A DNA stretch of 64,000 bases from Cenococcum geophilum (Eukaryota): the NCBI GenBank assembly GCA_050273025.1, contig CP158635.1, forward strand, positions 20,832,001 through 20,896,000, given 5' to 3'. Positions within the stretch are counted from its first letter, which is position 1, and each line of letters starts with the position of its first letter. The notes beneath the pieces are model-generated. The model was given only the letters and a program-made list of their open reading frames with translations. It was not told the DNA's origin and made no database searches. A program made the position numbers and the translations under genes. Positions 53,807 to 64,000 of this stretch are shown in pieces.

Positions 53807-54666
53807 TTATACTGTTTTGGCTATATAATTACCTACTACCACCTTTAAAATTATCTAGAAACCGTTAGCTAAGATAGGAAAAAGATAACGCCACTAGTTA
53901 AAAGAGGATTAGTAGTATATACAGTGCGGAATTTAAAGTTAGAAATAGCGGCAGTTTGGGGCTCCTACTAAGGAAGGGGGTTTAATAGCCCCCCCTAGAT
54001 AGGGCTGGTAATAACATTAAGGTTAGAGCAGGTTATATAGTACTTATCTTTCCCATTAGGCAACCCTAGAACACCTAGCTTTGTTAGCCACTACTATACC
54101 TAGTATAATATATACGTAAAACCTGTCTCTAAATCCGTAGAGATAATAAGGTTGGTCTTATACCACTATTTATTAGCAGACTTAGGCTAGCCAGGAACAG
54201 AGTTAGGAAACTTATTTTAGCGTACGGTAGAGATAGTGCTACTATTAATTTAATAGCATCTATTATCGTTAAAGTTCTAAGCGGTTAAGAGTCTCCCTCT
54301 TTAGTTACTGCTAGTGCTATCTACAGTCCACTATAAAACGTCTATTAATATTTTATAATTTCTTAGCTAGGTAGTTCCAAAAACAAAGACCGTACTAGCC
54401 GCTCTTAGCTTACCCGGCTAGTTTTACGGTAGCGTAATATAGCCGTTTTTAAGATATTTTATAGCGACGTAAGCCCCTAATATAACCTAAAGTTATAAAA
54501 AATTCGCCGTTTAGTTGGCGGTCCTCTATATTAGAGTATATAAAAGATCTAAACCATCTACTTTAATCCTATTTAAGGCTAATAGTAGTAAGAGATAAGT
54601 TATTATATTATTATTAAAACCAGAAATAGTGCGAGAGACATATCTATAAGGGTAACTATTAGTCCC

Positions 54667-57600
54667 TATTACGGACGCTTTAAGTACAATATTACGACTA
54701 CTTAGAGAAGAGTTAGAAGAAGCTAGTTAGTTAATACAGGCACGGTCCAGAATAGAGCCGGTAGAACTATATAATGAGGAATAGTAACTAAGTCACGTAA
54801 TATAATCTATATAATGTATACAATTTATATAATCCGTAATAGAGTAGATAGAGTATACGTACCTTATATACAAGGAGGGTTTCCTAGAAGTACGGTTGTG
54901 TATTTAAAGGACCACAGTCCCTACTCTAGATAGTTCTTTCCTTATAGTAATTCTTAGAATATAATTGGAGTTAATCTATTAGGCAACCACTCCACTAGTT
55001 ATTATTATGTTATTAACTTACTTATAATACCTATATACCTAGCCCAATAATAAGCCTATTGTAGTTCTTACTATAAGGTTCCATTACACAATTACTACCT
55101 AGTTATAGTTTTAATAAGTCGAATAATATACTACCAAAAGCAGCCACTATAACGCCATCGACGGCGGCAACTACTTTAAGGTTAGGAGGCGACACTAGTA
55201 TAGCAGATACTAACTCGCAATAACCTATAACGGTTAAATAACTATAAGAGATAGTTAACTAGTTAATAGAGAATAATACGACGCTTAAATAAAGGATTAA
55301 TAGAATAGGAGCAGCAAAGGTTAAGTTACTATTAATTAAAAGATTCTTAGGAAAGAGATTAAAGCTTAAAGGATTCCTTATATAAATACACTTTAAGGTT
55401 ATATAGGAAGGAGTAAAGCTAGTAATACCTATAGATCGAATATCCTATATAGGACTATTCCTATTAGGAAGAGCACTTAAATAGTTTAAGCTTTACCTTA
55501 TAGAAATATAGGTAAATAAAATAACGACTACTAACTAAGAGGTATAGTAAGTTAGGAAGAATTTATAGAGCGACTTATATAAATATTCGGAGATCTAGAG
55601 GCAGTAACTATAGCGGAAAGAAAACTCTAAGATATTACGTAATAAACTTTAGCAATTAAGTATACAATATAGTTCTAAACGCTAGCTATATAAGTTAAGT
55701 GGAATAATAAGGCGCTTATAGTACAGTATAAATAGGGACTTAAGGCTAAAGTCTAGGACGTAATTATTCTAATAGAAGATGCGGATACCCTAAGGAAGTT
55801 AATAGATTAAGTAATAAAGATTAATAATAGGATCTACTAAAGGGAACAGACTAAGAGAGGTTAGGATAGAGTTCTATAATTATATAAGACGTAGAGTACG
55901 CAATAACTAAAGCTAAGTTAAAAACTATAGTATAGCGTAAAGCTAATAGACCTAAGTGGTACTAAAGAAACCTATAAGAGATAGAGTAAGAAATTATAAA
56001 AACCTAAAGGTTAAGGATTTAGTAATTACAGGACTAAGGAGTAAAGGCTAAACTAGGGATCTTAGCAGTAGAAGACGTTTAGGTGGACTCTATAGCAAAG
56101 TTAATAGTTTAAAAACGGAGCTTATATAAATTATAGAAAACAAGATCACTTTATAAGGGATTGTAAAAATGGTTAGAGTTACTATATAATAAAGGGAACC
56201 AGACTAATAGTAGATAATATATATATATAGAGAAATAATAGTATACTATAAGGAACAAAAGAGTGTTTAATTAGAAGTTTTGCGTTTTATTATAATAACG
56301 CATACTAAATTTATAAAGACGCTAAATATAGCGTAAGCTATCAGCCATAAAAGCTAGAGTTAAGAGGACTTAGAAGAACTAGAGAGTTAGATAAAAAAAT
56401 AAAATTAACTTTATAAGCTAAATTAGAATATTACAGTAACATGCAGACAATAATTAGTAATAATAATAATAGAATTAGAGTATTTATTAATTAATAGTAA
56501 TAAGGATAATAAAGAAACTAATTAGGGGTATCTAAACCTTAATAACGTAATTATAGAAGTAAAGACTAAGACCGCTATAGAGTAAGGTTTAATAACGGGC
56601 ATTATAACGCCATTAGATACGGCATCTATTACTTTATAAGATAGAAGGAGAAGTATTTAAAAGGGATTAAGCAAGTAGACGGCTGCTAGTACTAGCTTAC
56701 CACTTAATAAAGGCAAAAGGCCAAAGGCTTAAGATTCTTAAGATAAGATAAGAGAAATCTAAGATTCTAAAAATAGGATAGGAACAGCTTAAGGACCTAT
56801 AACGGATAATAACTAATAGAGTAGAGCAGTAGCTTAGTTTAAAGATATACGAATAAGCTTAGGATAGAGATTTCTAGAGGTATAAGATTCTTAAAACGAG
56901 ATAAGTAAGATTTAAGACTCTTAAGATAAGATAAGAATACTACGGACGCCTAGTTAGACTAAGGCGGGAGTAAAGCTTAAGTTAGAAGCGAGTTTAGGAT
57001 TAAAGAATTTAAGGGACTAGGAATTTAGAGTATAAATAAGGACACCTATAAATAGGAAGCGTAAAGCTTTATTATAGATTAGAGAATCTACAATATAAAT
57101 AGCAGTTAAACTAGGAGATAAATATATAGACTTAGAGGACCTACTAAGTAAACTAGGGGTTTAGCTTAAAGATTAAAAGTTTAATACGTAGATTAAGAAG
57201 TAGGAAGACTTTAAGGATCTACTTATAAGATGTAAAAAGAGAGAAACTATAGTAGAATTTAGAGTAAGAATTGCTGTATGGCAAGAATAGAAACTAGATA
57301 AGAGATTTAGTATATTAGGACGTATAAGGGACAAAGCACCTATATAAAGAGTTACTAATAGACCTAAGATAGGCACACTAAGAGCTAAGTGGCTTATTAA
57401 ACTAGAATAAGAAGAGGATTTAGGGATTTTAACTAGATTTAAGGAGTAATATATAAAGGGCTATTACAATACAGTAATAAGAAGATACTTCCTTACGGAT
57501 AAGCTATATATACTTAAAGGGCTGTACTAAAAGTGGTATAGGCAACGATATAACGATAAGTAGGAAGATTTCTATATATAGTTAGATAAAAAAGTTATCC

Positions 57601-58867
57601 AGAACTACCTAATTATAGAAAAGGCTATAACCCATATTAAAGGAGCCTTAATTATAACGTTAAAGGATTTAGAGGAGTAATTAGAGGACTAGAGAAGTAA
57701 AAGATAAATTTTAGTACCTGCAAATAAAGTCGCAACGCTTAGATTAATACAAAAAAGGTTTAAACTTAAGAATAAAGACGAGCTAAAAGTTAACTTAAGA
57801 TACTAAGTATATTATATACTATTATAGATAGTATATATAGATAATACGTGTAATATATATAGAGCACTAAAAGACAAAAACCAGAAATATCTAGTGAGGA
57901 TATATTAGTTAGCAGATAAGGCGAAATATTAAAACGCTAAGTATATATATGGTTAGTACTTAATAGAAGTTTAAAAATAAGGGGACTTAATACTTTAACT
58001 AGGAAGATTCCTTACGGAAGAATGCCTAGATAAATAACAATAGTAGGAATGTCTAGAGAATACCTATCTATAGTATATTAAAGATAAAAAGCGAACTAAG
58101 TATTAGCCTAAAATAGACTAAGTATAAATAGGATCTAGTAGCTAATAGTTAGGAAAAGTAGAGGCCTATAGGACTAGAGGGAACCAGTAATAGAGCCTTA
58201 AACCCTTAAAGGAATTTAAAAACAACACCTAAATTTATAAATTAAGTGGCAAAATTAACAGTTTAAGGCATTAATAGATAGTGGAGTAATAAAGAACTAT
58301 ATCTCGCTAATAGTAGTTAAAAGAATAGGGTTACTACATAGGAAAAAGGAATGTTCTTACCTATTAATAATAATTTTAGGAGATCTGATAGCCTATAGGG
58401 AAGGTATTATTAATCTTAAAATAGGACCTATTTAGTTAACTATTAAAGGGAGATAAGTTAAAATGTCTTTTAATATATTACTATTAGGGAATAATAAGGC
58501 AGTATTAGGAATGCCTTAGTTACAGGAATATAATCTAAAGATTAATTAGGTTATAGGTTAGGTTAATATTAAAAATACTTAACGCTATAAGATACGATAA
58601 TAAGCTAAGTTAGTATAGTACTAAGTAGGAGCAACCTATAAGGAAATAGAAAAAGGACTAAGTTATATACTAAAGAGATACCACAAATACGGTAAAAAAC
58701 TATAGTCGCTAGAAAGCGAAAAGCTATTAAAATATATAGTATAGGACTATAAGATAGAATTAGAACTAGAAATAAGTCTAAGGTTCTTTCTAATCTATAA
58801 GCTTACCAAAGAAGAAGGTAGAGTACTTAAAGAGTTTATTTAGAAGAACTTATAAAAGGGATATATT
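54667..58867 (+). mobile_element. Ty3/Gypsy element (same family as 41864-46265): 5' LTR 54667-55088, gag, protease and start of RT, interrupted by Copia
   Basis: 422-bp LTR ending TTACA; gag ERSKLKGFL…GRALEWF; zinc knuckle CxxCxxxxHxxxxC (~56123-56164); ALIDSGA protease (~58268). Confidence 0.95.
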
Positions 58868-61800
58868 TGTTAGGAATAAAGGCAAGTGGTCACTATATAA
58901 GGCATATTGCCACCACGTGTGGCAAGTTGCCGTTACGTGCGGCAAGTTGCCGTCACGTACCGCCGCGGCACTAGCGTGGTAAGGAACCTTAAGTTCCTCA
59001 CCCCTTTCTTTAACGAATTAAAAAAAAAATTTATTATTATACTATCTACAAACCGTAGCTACGTAATATCACCTTGTGTAACCTACACTGATTAGTAGTT
59101 AACTTTACTGTTATACTATAGAATAGCAAGGTATTCCACCGAGAAGAGACAAGCCACTATACTAGTGCTACTTATGCTAGAGGAAGCTGTCTTTTAAGGT
59201 TAGAACTAGTCCTAAACCTTAAATAGAACTCTTCCACAAATCTAAGGATCTAAAGGCCAGAACTAGTCCTAAGCCTTTCTAAAATTACGGATTCTTGCGT
59301 CCATTACGTAGAACAACACGCTTTATAAGTCTTCGCGATTTAAGGCCAGAACTAGTCCTAAGCCCTATAATCGCAAATATACGTCCAAACGCGTACCAAA
59401 TAACAAACGCGTACTAAACGACAATCCCTATACTAATAATACTTCCCTCCCTCCAAAAATATAGCTACGCCTACTTTAAATAACTAGAAAGACTTCTTAC
59501 TACTAGGGGTAGCTAAGTACGCGAAACTTATTAATAAAGATTAGGACGAATTCGCCTTTAATATAACAACTTATACCGCAAAACAAGTTAACGGCTTTCT
59601 CCTACACTATATTATATTCTACTAAAATAGATACTATACCGATTTATAACTATGGGAGTATTTTAGGGAGGATTTTATAGGATAGACTGCTAATACCTAG
59701 GCACTTGGCAACGTTAATATTGTTTAGAATTTTTAAGACTTCCTTTATAGGAATGGGGTATACATTACTAAGAATAGTAACCCAATTGCTAGCAATATTT
59801 AGGCCGTTATTACTAGTATAGAAGAACCAATATAGACAGAAGCTAAGATTATACGTTAACTATAGAAACCTAAAAATAACCTATATTCTTTAGAAGGTAA
59901 CTTTAATTTGTATTAAAACCCCTAGAACGCTAACCCCCTACCTAGAGCTGCTCTCCTACCTAGAGGTGCCCTTCTACTTAGAGTTGCTCCGCCTCTACCT
60001 CCTCTACTCTAGCTAACTAGTAAGCCTTTACTATAAGAAGTTATGAATCTAATAAAGGTATATTTAGACGAAGAAAAAAAGTTTAAAGGAAAACTATATA
60101 ATATACTTAGAGCAAAACTATAGGTCTTCTATAACTGTTACAATAAGGTTAGAATTTAACGCCACTAGTACTACTACGCTTTCTCCATTATATTAAAGGG
60201 ATAGGTAGTAATATTCTATTACGACTATATTACGGGTAAAAACTATAGCTTTAATATAATGCTTTAGCTTACTAGAGCCCACTTTAAGACTAATAAGAAT
60301 TGCTAGCTTTATATATCCGAATGGCAGGAGACTACGCTTTAAAGAGTTATCGCTTCTAACCTAATAAAGACTTATTTAGAGTGCCTTTAACTACTCTTTA
60401 ATAAACTCCAAAAAATCTAACGTAGCCTTATTAAAACTTACTAAAATAAGAACAGCCTAAGGGACTAGGTTATCTTAGCATGCCATAGCATTCCTAAGTG
60501 CAATTTGGCGCTATATAAACCTATAGATACGTTTAAAGGAGTATATGCTAAGCTACGCTCTGCTATAGGTACTACAATATAAACATAAAAATCTTAATAG
60601 TTCTATACCAAAAACCCTACCTAACTAAGTATTCCCGACTAATATAATTATAACTAGACTAATCGAATATATAGTGGCCGTAGTAGGGAATATAGAAGAG
60701 GGTACGATTAATATTAACTATAAGGCAACCATAGAGGTCCTAGTAGAGGTTTATTTTAAAGTAATTACTAAAAAAAGTATTACGTTTGTAAGAAGCTAAA
60801 TTACTAGTTAACTAGACACTCCCTTAATAAGCGAAAAGAGGTATATAATAAGTTCCGTTAGAGTATAAGAAATGTTAGAAATTATAAGGTTACTATAGCC
60901 TACTTTTAAAGCTTCCTAGTTTAATATAAAGGCGTAGAAGATTTTAAGGGCGAGGTTAATAAGGTTAAACAGCTCCTTATAGATATAGAAATTGAGGACT
61001 ACTCCCCTAACTAATACTTTACTAAGTATAGTAAGGTAGATGGCATATAAACCGTCGCTATTCTTAATAATTAATCTACGCTCTATTCTATTATAAAATT
61101 AGATATCTTTAATAAGCTAAAGGAGAGTTCCGCGTTTTCCTTTAATAATAAATACTCGGCGTACGTCTTTTATGGTATTATGCCGGATATAGGAGCCGTA
61201 GGAGTATCTATAGTAGGAGAACCTTAAGTTTAAGCTCTTTAGCAGCTTAATAGCTCTATTTAGATTGACCAATTAACGGCAGGCCAATATATAATTTGCT
61301 TTAGTAAAGGTACTATAATCTTTCTTAGCACAATTAGGGTCTAAACCCCCTTAGGATATATTACTTTCTATATTATTCCTATAAACACTCCATTTCTATT
61401 TTACATTAAAGATATAAATAAGTTAGGCGTTAGGCTTAACAACCTTAAGAATATACTTGTTTAGGGAGATAATTAAGTGCCTGTTATACGCAAGTAGGGT
61501 TACCCCTAGTTACTCCTTTATTAACTAGAAAAGAGTATTACTTAAAGCCACTTAACTAAGTTAGAATTACGCCAACTACACCATCATTTTGGCCACCCAT
61601 CCGTTTATTAATTACTTAGGGTTCTTTAGCGAGTAGGCTATAAAGTTAAGGTTAAGGTAATTAAGCATCTTATAAAGTACTGCTATTACTACTAAATAAA
61701 CCAGAAATCCCCTGGCCGATTTAAGTTCACCCTTAAAGATAACTATAACTTTAACTTCTGTATTATTGTTAACGTTATATATCTTAGCAGTAAGCCAGTA

Positions 61801-64000
61801 CTCTAAGTTATTAACTTCTTAACCTTTTTTTAAGCCGCACGATTTTTAAAGGATATATTAGCTAGGAACGTATAAGATACCCTTTAGTTATACTAGATTA
61901 ATGTCTACCTAGGACTCCCTAATTAAATCGTCCATAACGTAAGAAAGAACTTTTTATTTATAGAGTTCTGATAATAGATAAAGGCAATAGCAATTAAGGT
62001 TAAGGAAGTCCCCATTAAGGCGTATAATAGTATTAAAAAAGTAGAGCGATATTACGCGCCATTACGCCGCGTATATAAGATTATCTCTTTAGAACTAAAG
62101 GACGCTAGCGAAGAACTTACCTTGTAAATAGCTGTTAAAGCTATTAATAATTCCGCTGGCCCGGATAGACTCGTACTTATATTACTAGTCTTTAGCGCCT
62201 ACCCTTAAATAACTAATAATTCTTTACTATTTCCCTTTATTATATAATAAGCTAAGGCTATTCGCAAGGTAATAAAGGAGGTGCGACGTCTTTACGCTAT
62301 ACGCTAGGTTAATAACGCACTAGGAATAAGAAATGGCCTAAATACCTTAACTACGCTTAATCTGCCACTCTAGTCTAAAGTACGCATATAGCGTAAAAAG
62401 GGAGGATAGTTAGGCCTATATTAACTTATTGCAATTAATGGTTAAACTTATACTATTTAGATGCCTCACAGACCCACTTAATTCTGTTTAACTATTATTA
62501 AGCCTTACTATAAAGATAATAATTATAAGCCTTTATAGGATGCCCTAGAAGATGCCCTAGAAGAGAACTATAATTAACGTACTCTAGAAGACGACTACAA
62601 TCCCAATATAATTGTAGTAGATATGTTATAACCATAACGCGGTAGAGGTCGCCTAAAGGGATTATAAAATCGCTAATATCTTATTAATTTTAAAGAATAA
62701 TTTGTTGCCGCCATTAAGAATGGAGTTGAGTTATTAATGGCCTTTATAACAGCTAAAGAGAAGGCTAACTTTAAGCTCGTAAAACAGCTTTAAAAGGAAG
62801 GTCGTATTATAACCCTAGGAGCTCCTTTCCAAGCATCTGATAAGTAGGAGATTAACGGTCTTATTGCAAGAGGAGTCTTTAAATTTAAAAAGTATGACCC
62901 TACTAAGTTTAATAAAGTTTGCATCTTTAAGTTAAGAATGGTTAATGAGATTAAAGGCAAAGCTACTAACGCCCTATTTAAGAAATTAAGGCTTATTATT
63001 TAAGGTTATAACGATAATAGTAAGGAGGTAATTCTTACATAATCTCTTATAATTTAACGAGCTAGTTAGCAAGTTATTATTGCGCTAGCTCCCTCCTTAA
63101 TAAAGAATGGAATAGCGGTTTATTTATAAGATATTACTTAAGCCTACACCTAATTAGAGACGCACCTTTAGCGCTTAATATTGGCATACCTTCTGGAGCA
63201 AATTCGCCACTAGTATCCTGAAGATACAATTATAGTTGTGCTTAAGCTATTGTATAGAATTGTAGAGGTAGGAACTTACTAGTGGGCTACCTACAGTAAG
63301 CACTATAAAGAGAAGCTTTTAATAACTACTTCTATATTTAATTCCTGCTTCCTTATTATAACTATAGGAACTCTGTTTGGAATTATTGGTATATAAACTA
63401 ATAATACAATTATCTTAGGGGACGACTAATTCTTAGCTCTTAAAGAAGATAAGCTAGTAAAGGCAAATCTTATAGTAAAGCTAAAAGAAAAGCTTAATTT
63501 AATAACACTATTACTCTTTAATAGATGCATCCTCTCCCTAAATAAGGATTCTATTGCTTTACGCCAGAAGGGTTAAGGTAAGAAGATCGACGTTATTAAC
63601 GTTAATTCCCTAAAGTAAGGATATGTGGAGTAACGCGCTTATAGAGCTTATATTACTTCTATCTATTAACCTAAGGCTTTATTTAATCTCTCCGTTGCCG
63701 CCTAATACTAGGAACCAACTAAGGATGACGTTTTTACCCTAAATAAACGTCTTTTTTGGTAAATAAACCATCTTAATTGGGGACTACTCTACGTGCCTAT
63801 TAATCTTCCTACCGCTAAGCTCTTTATATTTATTAATAGATCGTTTATAAATAATAAAGATTTTAGCTCCTAGTTAGGATATAAGATTATTATCGCGAAC
63901 GAATTTACTAGAGAGAATAACTTTATAATCTATAGTAATCTTATCTATTAGAGCTTAACTAAAAGCAAGCGCGTTACCTAAAGTGTTTTAGCGTTAGAGA
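58868..64000 (+). mobile_element. Ty1/Copia-type retrotransposon (5' LTR ~58868-59196, gag, protease, integrase, RT), continuing beyond the window
   Basis: TGTTAG start; CYVCKK…C…H knuckle (~60780); GIMPDTGAAGVST (~61175); LRQLHxHFGHPS (~61567); VERYHAPLRR (~62041); integrase precedes the RT motifs KSRLIIQG, DITQAY, LKxLYG. Confidence 0.9.

Noticed and set aside
1..64000. Alternative genetic code or organellar origin to explain the dense TAA/TAG stops
   Set aside because: Stops replace Trp and Gln codons alongside parallel G>A/C>T missense changes in known TE proteins, which is the RIP signature

Overview
This is eukaryotic DNA from a filamentous ascomycete. Almost all of it is an AT-rich block of dead repeats shaped by repeat-induced point mutation (RIP): TpA is in excess, CpA/TpG is depleted, and TGG/CAA/CAG codons have become stops. 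The supplied ORF track is mostly artefactual, so I identified genes by mentally reversing the C>T/G>A changes. The window opens with an un-RIPed terminal exon (33-187). A ~48 kb interval follows (558-48801), bounded by ~620-bp inverted repeats with TA/TTAA outside both ends. It contains a truncated MULE transposase, a Starship-type DUF3435 tyrosine-recombinase 'captain' pseudogene, and several dead cargo-like genes: an F-box + Cdc48-N-domain gene, a C2H2 + fungal TF gene, a membrane protein and a PD-(D/E)XK-like protein. Deeply nested TEs sit inside it: a hairpin-ended minisatellite element (8-bp TSD) holding LINE fragments, a TA-flanked minisatellite element, a cargo-carrying Fot1/pogo element (which holds a non-autonomous LTR element, which holds a complete hAT), a truncated Gypsy and several solo LTRs. 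The right end has a DUF7924-like pseudogene, a second pogo-type end, and a Gypsy interrupted by a Copia that runs off the window. TSD and TIR coordinates were read directly; pseudogene limits are approximate and domain names come from recalled motifs, not searches.
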